A DNA stretch of 64,000 nt from an uncultured Thiotrichales bacterium (GTDB lineage: Bacteria; Pseudomonadota; Gammaproteobacteria; UBA4575): positions 280,705 to 344,704 of the forward strand of contig CAZTNC010000011.1 of NCBI GenBank assembly GCA_964614915.1. The letters run 5' to 3'. Positions 17,341 through 25,790 of this stretch are shown here, piece by piece. Positions within the stretch are counted from its first letter, which is position 1. Every line of letters starts with the position of its first letter. A program made the position numbers and the translations under genes. The notes under the pieces were generated by a model that saw nothing but the letters and a program-made list of their open reading frames with translations, had not been told where the DNA came from and searched no databases.

Positions 17341-19428
17341 CAGATCTCCATGCCTGCCAAAGCCCGAGACCCTCAGCCCAGTCGCCCGAAGGAAGTGCCC
17401 TCCCTCGATGCCACGGCTGCACTGCAGCATGCAGTTACGCGCTTGCTGGAGCTGCAGGGCAAGGAGGGTGGCTGGGAAGGCGAGATGGTCTGGTGTCCCA
17501 TGCTGACGGCACAGTACGTATTGTTGCATTACATCATCGGCAGACCCTTGGAACCTACCCGGCGCAGGCTCGTGCTGCGCTCGTTCGAACATACCCGTCT
17601 TGAAGGGGGCACATGGGGGATGCACGAGCACTCCCGGCCCCACCTGTTCGTCACCACCCTGGTCTACGTAGCGGCGAGACTGCTCGGCATCGAACGCGAG
17701 GATCCGTTGCTCGTGCCAGCGAGACAATTCCTGCAGGCCGAGGGGGTGCTCGCCATTCCGAGCTGGGGGAAGTTCTGGCTGGCCCTTCTCAATCTATACG
17801 ACTGGCGCGGTGTCAATGCCGTGCTGCCGGAGTTGTGGAGCCTGCCGCGCTGGATTGCGCTGCATCCCTCAAACTGGTACTGCCACACCCGGCTGATCTA
17901 CATGGCCATGTCGGTGATGTATTCGCATCGGTTCCAGGCCCCGATAACTCCCCTGATCACGTCCTTGCGTGAGGAGTTGTACCCGCAGGGGTTTGACTCT
18001 GTCAATTTCTACCAGGGCCGCAACCGCCTGCGAGACGCCGACCTTTTCTCACGGCCTAGCATATGGCTTCGGATCGGCTATCGTCTTGCGCAGGTATTCG
18101 AGCGCTACCACGGGCAACGCTTTCGCAATCGGTGTGTGGAAGCGATCCTGCATCAGATTCGGTGGGAGTTGCAGACCACCAGCCATACGAGTATTTCTCC
18201 GGTCAGCGGTATCCTGAACATGCTTGCCCTGTGGCTGCGCGATCCCGACGACCCGGATCTGCACCAGGCGCTCGACCAGCTGGAAGGTTGGATCTGGGAA
18301 GACGAGGCGATGGGGGCACGTGTCACAGGTGCAAGAAGCGCCTCGTGGGATACCGGGTTTGCATTGCAGGCGCTGGCCTTGATGAGTGAAGTTGAAGGGG
18401 TAGGGGATGCCCGCATGGCGGGTGCCGAGTTTCTGTACCGACAGCAGATCACCACCAGCTTCGAAGGCTATCGCGAGGCCTACCGAAACGACCCCAAGGG
18501 CGGCTGGTGTTTTGCTGGCGGATGGCATGGCTGGCCGGTATCCGACTGTACGGCCGAGGCTGTGCTTGGACTGATCGCCACCCATCGCGAGACGACAGAC
18601 CAAACCGTGCTTCGCGATGCGATTCGGTTCATGTTGCGCAGTCAAAACCGTGACGGTGGCTTTGGCAGCTACGAATCCCAACGTTCCGTTCTCGGGCTCG
18701 AGTGGCTGAATCCTGCCGAGATGTTCGGTGAATCGATGACCGAGCATTCCTACATTGAATGCACCGCATCGTGTCTTGCGGCGTTCGCCGCCTGCCGGGA
18801 GCACTTCCCGAAACTCGCTGATCGGCAATTGATGGAGGCGATCTTGCGGGCGGATAACTGGATTCGCTGGTCCCAGGCCAGTGACGGGTCCTGGCGTGGC
18901 GTGTGGGGTGTTCAGTTCATTTATGGCACGCTGTTCGGGATCCGGGGCCTGTTGGCCACCGGTGCTGGTACCGGTGATCCGGCATTGCGCCAGGCTTGCC
19001 AGTGGTTGCTGGAGCGCCAGCGCGATGACGGCGGGTGGGGTGAACACCACAGCGGCTGTCTGAGTGGCCAATACATCGCGCATGAACAAAGTCAGGTCAT
19101 CCAGACCGCGTGGGCGCTGATTGCGCTCCTTGAGGCGGGGGATTCGAGCTGGAACGCGATTTCCAAGGGTGCTAGGTTTTTGCTCGATGCCCAGCAAGAA
19201 GACGGGTCTTGGCCCAGGCAAGACATGGCCGGGGTCTTTTTCCGCACGGCCCTGCTGGATTATGTTCTTTATCGGCAGTATTTCCCGATGCATGCGCTCG
19301 GACTCTACGAGCAGCGGCGCAGAGCCCGCCAGGATCTGACGAATCCCGTCATTCACAACGTCGCTGCAAGACCGTCTGAACCTGGAGATGCTTCAAAGTC
19401 GGCGGAGCGTTTGCGCTCCTCAGCCTAG
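15988..19428 (+). CDS. Fused squalene monooxygenase (squalene epoxidase) - oxidosqualene cyclase, 1146 aa
   Basis: N-terminal 450 aa carry FAD-binding YDVAIVGAGPVGS and the epoxidase motif IGDAAGHYHPMTAMGMTFGFGD. The C-terminal 690 aa align with lanosterol/cycloartenol synthases (AIPSWGKFWLALLNLYDWRG, catalytic VSDCTAEA, several QW motifs such as LLERQRDDGGWGE). It is one uninterrupted frame. The GTG start overlaps the cyp51 stop. Confidence 0.85.
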   Translation: MNGASARRYDVAIVGAGPVGSLCALAHARKGARVILLEANPKASLRLAGEWLHPPAVRILRDLEVDLGLPLSDPRGKGFAVFPEDGTEPIVFPYPQGARGLTCEHASLVSNLREAVGCHPEIEFLVHARVREVEDGRLTFSYNGTDETVMAPRIVGADGQASIVRQSLGLSKNPVICSQTVGVVLSGVTLPLEGYGHVLLGGPGPVLIYRLDEQHVRLIVDVPLERTTPRDRIGFLLDSYTDLLPGPFRTAFVDALRAGQFHVAANKLRPRLTYGNAQRVLIGDAAGHYHPMTAMGMTFGFGDAVALAESDDFRDFTHQRIRATRGPAFLAMGLYEVFADHRAEAVAFRHTIYRSARTNTAFRDQTVRLLACEDTSSIRMGIAFVTTVARAIVEQIPRSFNHLAWRRARDVLRAITIRISWFLRSILQLSRARSGKGELDSESWNTLAGVLQISMPAKARDPQPSRPKEVPSLDATAALQHAVTRLLELQGKEGGWEGEMVWCPMLTAQYVLLHYIIGRPLEPTRRRLVLRSFEHTRLEGGTWGMHEHSRPHLFVTTLVYVAARLLGIEREDPLLVPARQFLQAEGVLAIPSWGKFWLALLNLYDWRGVNAVLPELWSLPRWIALHPSNWYCHTRLIYMAMSVMYSHRFQAPITPLITSLREELYPQGFDSVNFYQGRNRLRDADLFSRPSIWLRIGYRLAQVFERYHGQRFRNRCVEAILHQIRWELQTTSHTSISPVSGILNMLALWLRDPDDPDLHQALDQLEGWIWEDEAMGARVTGARSASWDTGFALQALALMSEVEGVGDARMAGAEFLYRQQITTSFEGYREAYRNDPKGGWCFAGGWHGWPVSDCTAEAVLGLIATHRETTDQTVLRDAIRFMLRSQNRDGGFGSYESQRSVLGLEWLNPAEMFGESMTEHSYIECTASCLAAFAACREHFPKLADRQLMEAILRADNWIRWSQASDGSWRGVWGVQFIYGTLFGIRGLLATGAGTGDPALRQACQWLLERQRDDGGWGEHHSGCLSGQYIAHEQSQVIQTAWALIALLEAGDSSWNAISKGARFLLDAQQEDGSWPRQDMAGVFFRTALLDYVLYRQYFPMHALGLYEQRRRARQDLTNPVIHNVAARPSEPGDASKSAERLRSSA
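17350..19428 (+). other. Oxidosqualene cyclase domain of the fusion protein (approx. aa 455-1146)
   Basis: DCTAE catalytic aspartate motif at aa 853-857 (nt 18544-18558). QW repeats. The region aligns with human LSS from about residue 60 onward. Confidence 0.75.
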
Positions 19429-19468
19429 TCCCGAATAAGGAAGTGCGCGGGCACAGCGCCCGGCACGT

Positions 19469-20503
19469 TCAGTCTCTCGAAGGCAGGGGTTTTCGGGCCA
19501 GGAAGTAATACATCGGGGTAAAGATGCCGGTCTCACCCCCCTCGACCAGCGCATCCGCTCCCTCGTTCAAGATCGTACTGACCGCCCGGGTGCCTTCCGG
19601 GACCAGCTTCAGGGGCTCCAGCACCCTCAATACGATGTTCGTCAGGGCACGACCCATCGGCGTGCGAGGGATACTCGAAAGCGTCAGGTCGCGGCCCTGT
19701 AGAGCGCGGTACCAGGGAGTTTCCGGGTCCGATTCAAGGGCGAGGTCACGGGCTTCCAGAAGTTCGAATCCGGCTTCACGAAAGGCCGCACACACTTCGG
19801 TGGTGCGCGCGATATCCGGCAAGGCGTCTCCGACCTCGATATCTTTCTTGATTCTCAGGTGCTCTGCATTCTGCGGATCGAAATCATCGGTGAGGCACCA
19901 CTCGTAGCCGGCAAAGCATGCCCCCGGGCGCAGGATGCGAAAGACCTCCCGGAACGCCTCGGTCTTGTTGGGCGCGTGAGGCATGGACTCGATGGCGAAG
20001 GCGCCATCATAGCTGTCGTCCTCTTCGGGGATTTGCATGTAGTTGCCATGAATAAAACGGCACTGCGACTGGATATCCTGGGTATGCACTTTCGCGCGCT
20101 CAATCTGGTAGGCGTTATTGTTGATCCCCACAAAGCTAGCCCCGGAATAACGGGCCAGGGTGTGCATCGGGCCGCCCACGCCGCAGCCCACATCGAGCAC
20201 CTGCATCAACGGTTTCAGGTCCAGTTGGTCCGCCAGAAAATGCTCATGTCTGAGCAGCGACGCCTTGAAGCTTTCCCCCTTGCGTCGCGGAGCGAAATGA
20301 AAGGATCGCCCCCAACCGAACTCGTAAAAGTCCGTCACCAGGTCGTAGTAGTGGTTGACGAGCGACTGGTAGTGCTCTTTTCTACGCTCCGGGGAGTCGG
20401 TTTCGTGGAGTCCGGCATATTGATCGACTACCGACTTCACGTGCTCCGGGGCAAGATCCGCGAGTGAGCGAGAACTTGATCTTTTGACGGGTTCGCGGGT
20501 CAT
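19469..20503 (-). CDS. Sterol 24-C-methyltransferase (ERG6/SMT family)
   Basis: Diagnostic SMT region I YEFGWGRSFHF. SAM motif LDVGCGVGGP. Region II IESMPHAP. C-terminal sterol-MT-like domain. 344 aa. Convergent with the sterol operon. Confidence 0.8.
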   Translation of the reverse strand: MTREPVKRSSSRSLADLAPEHVKSVVDQYAGLHETDSPERRKEHYQSLVNHYYDLVTDFYEFGWGRSFHFAPRRKGESFKASLLRHEHFLADQLDLKPLMQVLDVGCGVGGPMHTLARYSGASFVGINNNAYQIERAKVHTQDIQSQCRFIHGNYMQIPEEDDSYDGAFAIESMPHAPNKTEAFREVFRILRPGACFAGYEWCLTDDFDPQNAEHLRIKKDIEVGDALPDIARTTEVCAAFREAGFELLEARDLALESDPETPWYRALQGRDLTLSSIPRTPMGRALTNIVLRVLEPLKLVPEGTRAVSTILNEGADALVEGGETGIFTPMYYFLARKPLPSRD

Positions 20504-20569
20504 CGGATGATTATGCCGGGTTCGTGCGGCTTCTCCAAATCGATGCTCAACATTATTTGACGGATTTGA

Positions 20570-20643
20570 TGGGCCCGGTAGGACTCGAACCTACGACCAA
20601 AGGATTATGAGTCCTCTGCTCTAACCAACTGAGCTACAGGCCC
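20570..20643 (-). tRNA. ileX: tRNA with CAU anticodon; sequence and synteny suggest tRNA-Ile2 (lysidine) rather than elongator Met
   Basis: 74-nt cloverleaf: 7-bp acceptor stem GGGCCTG/CGGGCCC, D arm GCTC...GAGC, anticodon loop CTCATAA, T arm GTAGGTTCGAGTCCTAC. No encoded CCA. Closely resembles E. coli ileX, which also lies downstream of rpoD. Confidence 0.85.
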
Positions 20644-20667
20644 GGACGGTTTGTCTCAAGAAGGATT

Positions 20668-22488
20668 TTATTCGATTTCCAGAAAGCTGCGTAGCTGTTC
20701 GGACCGACTGGGATGGCGAAGCTTGCGAAGGGCCTTGGCCTCGATTTGGCGGATGCGCTCACGCGTCACATCGAACTGCTTGCCCACTTCCTCCAGAGTG
20801 TGATCGGTGTTCATGTCGATCCCGAAACGCATGCGCAGCACCTTGGCTTCCCGTGGGGTGAGCGAAGCCAGTATTTCACGCGTGGCTTCACCGAGGCCCT
20901 CGGAGGAGGCGGAATCCACCGGAGACTCGATGATGACGTCCTCAATGAAGTCCCCCAGGTGCGAGTCTTCGTCGTCCCCGATCGGAGTTTCCATCGAGAT
21001 CGGCTCTTTGGCGATCTTCAGTACCTTGCGCACTTTTTCCTCGGGCATCTCCATGCGTTCGGCCAATTCTTCCGGGGTCGGTTCGCGCCCCTTTTCCTGC
21101 AGCATCTGCCGCGAGATCCGGTTCAGCTTGTTGATGGTCTCGATCATGTGTACGGGGATTCGTATCGTGCGTGCCTGGTCCGCAATCGAGCGGGTAATGG
21201 CCTGTCGAATCCACCAGGTGGCGTAGGTCGAAAACTTGTAGCCGCGGCGGTACTCGAATTTGTCCACCGCTTTCATCAGGCCGATGTTGCCTTCCTGGAT
21301 CAGGTCCAGGAACTGCAATCCACGATTGGTGTACTTCTTAGCGATAGAAATCACCAGTCGCAGGTTGGCTTCCACCATTTCTTTCTTGGCCCGGCTGGCT
21401 TTGGCCTCGCCGATCGACATGCGTCGATTGATGTCACGGATCTCACCGATAGTCAGGCCGGTTTCCTGCTCGATCAGAAACAGCTTATCCTGTTCCTTGG
21501 CAATCTCCGGTTTCAGGGCAAGCAGGCCTTTCGCATACTTGGCCCTGGATCGAGGCAGGGCGTCCAGCCAGTCGGTGCAGGATTCGTTGCCAACAAAGAC
21601 CTTGATGAAGCGGTCCCGCGGCATCTTGGCATCCTGGATACAAAGCTGGCGAATACGACCTTCATGGATGCGGATTCTGCCGATCATTTTTTTGAAGTCC
21701 CCGGTCAGGATTTCCACCATCTTGGGCGTGAGCTTGACCATGGTGAACTCGTTGGCAAGGTCCTCCCCGGCCTTGAGCCGTTTTTTAGCATCGCTGTTGG
21801 CAGACAGGAACTTCTTGTACAACCGCTGCAGTTTCCGGAAATAGGCTTGGACTTCCTTGGGATCAGGACCGGTGTCCTGCTCTTTTTCATCGACCTCATC
21901 ATCGTCGCCCACCGCGGCATTCTTGCTTTCCTGAGTGATTTGCGCCGCTGGCGGAGGGATGGCATCCGTGTCTTCGTCGAGATCCACGAACCCGATGATC
22001 AGGTCCGTCAGGCGCAACTCCTCGGATTTGACCTTGTCATAGAACGCCAGCAGCTTCTCAATGGTGGATGGATAGTGTCCGATCGCAAACAGGACCTGGC
22101 GCAGTCCCTCTTCGATGCGCTTTGCAATCTTGATTTCCCCCTCGCGGGTCAGCAGGTTCACAATCCCCATCTCGCGCATGTACATGCGTACCGGGTCTGT
22201 GGTACGGCCGAACTCGCTGTCTACAGTAGCCAGGGCTGCGGCGGCTTCCTCGACATCATCATCTGTGGCGGCGCTGTCGGTCAGCACCAGGCTGTCGGTG
22301 TCCGGGGGTTGCTCATGGACATTGATGCCCATGTCATTGATCATGCCAACAATATCTTCGATCTGCTCGGGATCCACGATACCGCTTGGCAGGTGATCGT
22401 TGACTTCCGCATAGGTCAAGTAACCCTGTTCCTTGCCTTTTGCGATAAGTTGCTTGATGCTGCTGGATTGCTGTTGATTTTCGTCCAA
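20668..22488 (-). CDS. rpoD: RNA polymerase sigma-70 factor RpoD
   Basis: [17 protein letters not shown] region 1.1 and conserved regions 2-4 (regions 2.4 and 4.2 present). Start assigned to TTG at 22488, which gives a 17-aa lead before GKEQG like E. coli; the tracked ORF begins at GTG 22536. Confidence 0.93.
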   Translation of the reverse strand: MDENQQQSSSIKQLIAKGKEQGYLTYAEVNDHLPSGIVDPEQIEDIVGMINDMGINVHEQPPDTDSLVLTDSAATDDDVEEAAAALATVDSEFGRTTDPVRMYMREMGIVNLLTREGEIKIAKRIEEGLRQVLFAIGHYPSTIEKLLAFYDKVKSEELRLTDLIIGFVDLDEDTDAIPPPAAQITQESKNAAVGDDDEVDEKEQDTGPDPKEVQAYFRKLQRLYKKFLSANSDAKKRLKAGEDLANEFTMVKLTPKMVEILTGDFKKMIGRIRIHEGRIRQLCIQDAKMPRDRFIKVFVGNESCTDWLDALPRSRAKYAKGLLALKPEIAKEQDKLFLIEQETGLTIGEIRDINRRMSIGEAKASRAKKEMVEANLRLVISIAKKYTNRGLQFLDLIQEGNIGLMKAVDKFEYRRGYKFSTYATWWIRQAITRSIADQARTIRIPVHMIETINKLNRISRQMLQEKGREPTPEELAERMEMPEEKVRKVLKIAKEPISMETPIGDDEDSHLGDFIEDVIIESPVDSASSEGLGEATREILASLTPREAKVLRMRFGIDMNTDHTLEEVGKQFDVTRERIRQIEAKALRKLRHPSRSEQLRSFLEIE

Positions 22489-22730
22489 ATGTATACCTGC
22501 CACCCGGATTCGGGCACTCCATGAACCAAACACCACAATATATCAGGATCTGTGGGGTATGGATAGCACCCTGATGGAAATCAAGGACTTAACTTGCCAT
22601 CCAGTCCTTCTGCGGCACTCTGAAACACGAAATCGTTTGCGTGTGCGGGTTGTTTGCGAGGGTTCGGGCACAGACGCTTTGCAGTGGTATCAGTACTCAA
22701 GGCCTGCAACGGTGAACCGCATCGTTTTCC

Positions 22731-24446
22731 TTAGGACACCTTGTGGTGAAGCAGGTTCCGAAGCTGCTGTTTCTCCTCTTCGCTCAGCCCGTCCGTTTGT
22801 TCCTTGTCGATCAGTGCCTGCACCCGGGCTTGGTCGGTCTTGCGGCAGACCCATTTCATGGCATCTTCGAAGGCCTGGTCAGGGTGTTTCAGTTGTGGCG
22901 GCTCCCAGGTCATCAGCTTTTGCAGCTGCTGGGCCTCTTCCTGACCGCGAAAGCGCTCGATCAATGCTGCATGGCTCAGTTCGGGTTCCCGTTGCCAGAT
23001 CTGCAGGATTCTTGCAAGAAGTGTCACTCCCGGGATCGGCGATTCATGCAGGGAGTCCGAGTCTGTGACCGTCTTGGCCAGGTCGGGCTGGTGCAACAGG
23101 GCAGAGATCGCAAGCCGCACCGGAGTGGCGCGGGTCAGGGCATCGGCCACCTTGTACCGATACGTGTTCCCGGAGACTGGTTTGGCAACAGTGTAGTGCA
23201 CCGGTGCGCCGACCATTTTTTCCAGTTCCTCGAAAACGAGTTTCTTGAACACGCCGTCCGGAAGCTTGGACAGCAACGGCTTTGCCCGCTGGGCAAGACG
23301 GGCCTTGCCTGCCGGGGTGCGAATGTCCGAATCGCGACTCAGCTTGTCCAGGATGAACTCTGACAGCGGGATGCTGTCTTCCACGTACTGCAGGAAGATC
23401 TCCTTTCCACGTGCGCGAATCAGGCTGTCCGGGTCTTCCCCTTGCGGCAGGAACAGGAATTTCGCTTCCAGCCCGTCGCGAAACACCGGTACGGTATGCT
23501 CGGCGGCGCGCCAGGCCGCCTCGCGGCCGGCGCGATCACCGTCAAAGCAGAAAATGATTTCCTGGGTGTAGCGAAACAGTTGCTGGACATGTTGTGAGGT
23601 CGTGGCCGTGCCAAGCGTGGCTACGGTATTCTCGATGCCGTGCTGTGCCAGGGCGAGTACGTCCATGTAGCCTTCCACTACTACCAGGTTGCGTGGGGCG
23701 CCTTTAGCCTTGCGCGCCTCGTACATGCCGTACAGTACATCGCTCTTGTGAAATACCGGGGTTTCAGGAGAGTTCATGTACTTGGGGATGGCATCGTCCA
23801 GTACACGCCCACCGAAGCCAATCACCCGTCCGCGCCGGTCACGGATCGCGAACATGATGCGGTTTCGAAAGCGATCGTACAGCTTGCCATGGACATTTTT
23901 CTTGACCAGTCCGCTGAGCAAAAGCTCCGCTTCACTCGCTTCATCCTTGAGCACATTCAGCAGGCTGTCAAAACGGTCCGGCGCGAATCCGAGTCCGAAA
24001 CGTGCTGCTACCTCGCCGCTCAGTCCGCGGTCTTTCAGGTACCCGGTGGCTACGGGCTCTGCGCGCAGGCAACTGCGAAAGTGAGCATGGGCCCGCTCCA
24101 GCAAGGCCAGCAGCTTGTGATGGCTCTGCGGCGGTGGGGCACCGGCATCGCGGGGCACTTCCAGGCCCGCACGCTGCGCCAGTACCTCGACGGCTTCCAG
24201 GAATTCAAGGCGTTCGTAATCCATCAGGAAGCCAAGCGCGGTACCGTGTGCGCCGCAGCCGAAACAGTGGTAGAACTGCTTCTCCGGGCTGACCGTGAAC
24301 GAAGGGGTTTTCTCGTTGTGGAAGGGACAGCAGGCCATGTACTCCCGGCCCTTCTTTTTCAGGGACACCTGGCCACTGATGAGCTCGACGATATCCGTGC
24401 GCGTAATCAGTTCATCGATGAAGGATTGCGGGATTCGGGTCGACAC
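22731..24446 (-). CDS. dnaG: DNA primase
   Basis: Zinc-ribbon CCPFHNEKTPSF...CFGCGAHG. TOPRIM domain (VVVEGYMDV). 571 aa. Confidence 0.95.
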   Translation of the reverse strand: MSTRIPQSFIDELITRTDIVELISGQVSLKKKGREYMACCPFHNEKTPSFTVSPEKQFYHCFGCGAHGTALGFLMDYERLEFLEAVEVLAQRAGLEVPRDAGAPPPQSHHKLLALLERAHAHFRSCLRAEPVATGYLKDRGLSGEVAARFGLGFAPDRFDSLLNVLKDEASEAELLLSGLVKKNVHGKLYDRFRNRIMFAIRDRRGRVIGFGGRVLDDAIPKYMNSPETPVFHKSDVLYGMYEARKAKGAPRNLVVVEGYMDVLALAQHGIENTVATLGTATTSQHVQQLFRYTQEIIFCFDGDRAGREAAWRAAEHTVPVFRDGLEAKFLFLPQGEDPDSLIRARGKEIFLQYVEDSIPLSEFILDKLSRDSDIRTPAGKARLAQRAKPLLSKLPDGVFKKLVFEELEKMVGAPVHYTVAKPVSGNTYRYKVADALTRATPVRLAISALLHQPDLAKTVTDSDSLHESPIPGVTLLARILQIWQREPELSHAALIERFRGQEEAQQLQKLMTWEPPQLKHPDQAFEDAMKWVCRKTDQARVQALIDKEQTDGLSEEEKQQLRNLLHHKVS

Positions 24447-24596
24447 GGCAAATCAATGGGCACTGCGGTGCAGGGTTCGTTCTTGTTCACGCCCGTGGGC
24501 CGGGGTACGAGCACGTATTCCCCGATGGCGTGTGTTCGTTCCATGATGCGCCCTGCGCAAGGACAGGGTCAAGCGCTGGGCGATACCGGTGGATGC

Positions 24597-25787
24597 TTAG
24601 AAAATCTTCTCATTGAAGATGCGCTGGTGCTCGGCAATCGCGTAGCGGTCGGTCATGCCGGAGATGTAATCGGAGATCACCCGGGCACGCCCGCTGTCAC
24701 CATCCCGGCTGGCAGCCTCATTGGCCAGTCCGCGGTATTCGTCTGGCATCAGACGGGCATCCCTGAAGAACGCGACGTACAGGTCCGCTACCACTTTTGC
24801 GGCCTCGCGGTTCATGCGGTGTACACGCTCGTGACGATACAGGTGTTCTCGCAGAAAGTGCTTGAGTGCCTGGTTTTTCTCACGCATGGGTTCGCTGAAA
24901 CGGATCAGGGAGCCCGGTGCCGCACGTACCTCATCGAGGCTGCCTACCTTGGCTTCGGCAATGGCAGCCTGGCTCGCCGTGATCAGATCCGCCACCAGCC
25001 GGTTACGGATCCGGCGGATGGTCTCGTAGGTTTTCCGGCGTTGTCCAAGCTGCGGAAATTCATGTTCGACGGCATCAATGTGTAGGTCAAACAGTTCGAC
25101 TTCCCTGAGCTGGGGCACAGTGATCAGGTTGGCGCGCAGGCCGTCATCGATGTCATGGCTGGTGTAGGCAATCTCATCAGCGATATTGGCCAGTTGGGCT
25201 TCCAGGCTCGGTTGCGTGCGCTCGAGAAAGCGCCGTCCCACTGAGCCCAAGGTTCGTGCATTCTTTTTCGAGCAATGCTTGAGGATGCCTTCACGGGTCT
25301 CGAATGTCAGGTTCAAGCCCGGGAACTGCGGGTATTTCAGTTCCAGACAGTCGACCACTCGCAGGGATTGCAGATTGTGCTCGAAGCCGCCGTGCTCCTG
25401 CATGCAGCGGTTGAGGGCATCCTGGCCGGCGTGGCCGAACGGGGTGTGGCCCAGGTCGTGGGCCAGTGCAATCGCCTCGCAGAGAGGCTCATTGAGTCCG
25501 AGGCGGTACGCGATGCTGCGCGCCACCTGAGCCACTTCGATGGAATGGGTGAGGCGGGTGCGATACAGATCTCCCTCGTGATTGACGAACAACTGGGTCT
25601 TGTACTCCAGCCTGCGAAAGGCCGTGCTGTGAATGATCCGTTCGCGGTCGCGCCGGTATTCACCGCGGTGTGACGCCGGGGCCTCGGCATGTTCTCGCCC
25701 CCGACTGTCGGACTCGTGTGCGCCATACGGAGCCAGGATGGTGGATTGGACCTTGTGTACGGGGTCGGATGCCGGGATGCCTCGCAC
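24597..25787 (-). CDS. dgt: dGTP triphosphohydrolase-like HD-domain protein
   Basis: HD motif LAHDLGHTPFGHAGQ. Dgt family length and pattern. Confidence 0.85.
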   Translation of the reverse strand: MRGIPASDPVHKVQSTILAPYGAHESDSRGREHAEAPASHRGEYRRDRERIIHSTAFRRLEYKTQLFVNHEGDLYRTRLTHSIEVAQVARSIAYRLGLNEPLCEAIALAHDLGHTPFGHAGQDALNRCMQEHGGFEHNLQSLRVVDCLELKYPQFPGLNLTFETREGILKHCSKKNARTLGSVGRRFLERTQPSLEAQLANIADEIAYTSHDIDDGLRANLITVPQLREVELFDLHIDAVEHEFPQLGQRRKTYETIRRIRNRLVADLITASQAAIAEAKVGSLDEVRAAPGSLIRFSEPMREKNQALKHFLREHLYRHERVHRMNREAAKVVADLYVAFFRDARLMPDEYRGLANEAASRDGDSGRARVISDYISGMTDRYAIAEHQRIFNEKIF

Positions 25788-25790
25788 CGT

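Noticed and set aside
15988-19428. Possibility that the SE-OSC fusion is really two genes merged by a sequencing indel
   Set aside because: Not rejected outright. The frame is continuous and the linker has no stop in frame, so it is reported as a fusion with this caveat. Raw reads are needed to settle it.
19429-19468. Short GC hairpin (CGGGC-ACAGC-GCCCG) between the convergent SE-OSC and SMT genes as a bidirectional terminator
   Set aside because: The stem is only 5 bp with no U-tract, which is too weak to call.
20713-22524. 603-aa plus-strand ORF antisense to rpoD
   Set aside because: It mirrors the rpoD frame. Its translation is low-complexity, while rpoD has unmistakable sigma-70 regions.
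23640-25085. 481-aa plus-strand ORF spanning the dnaG start and dgt end
   Set aside because: It is antisense to two well-supported genes (primase zinc finger, HD motif) and has no domain signature of its own.
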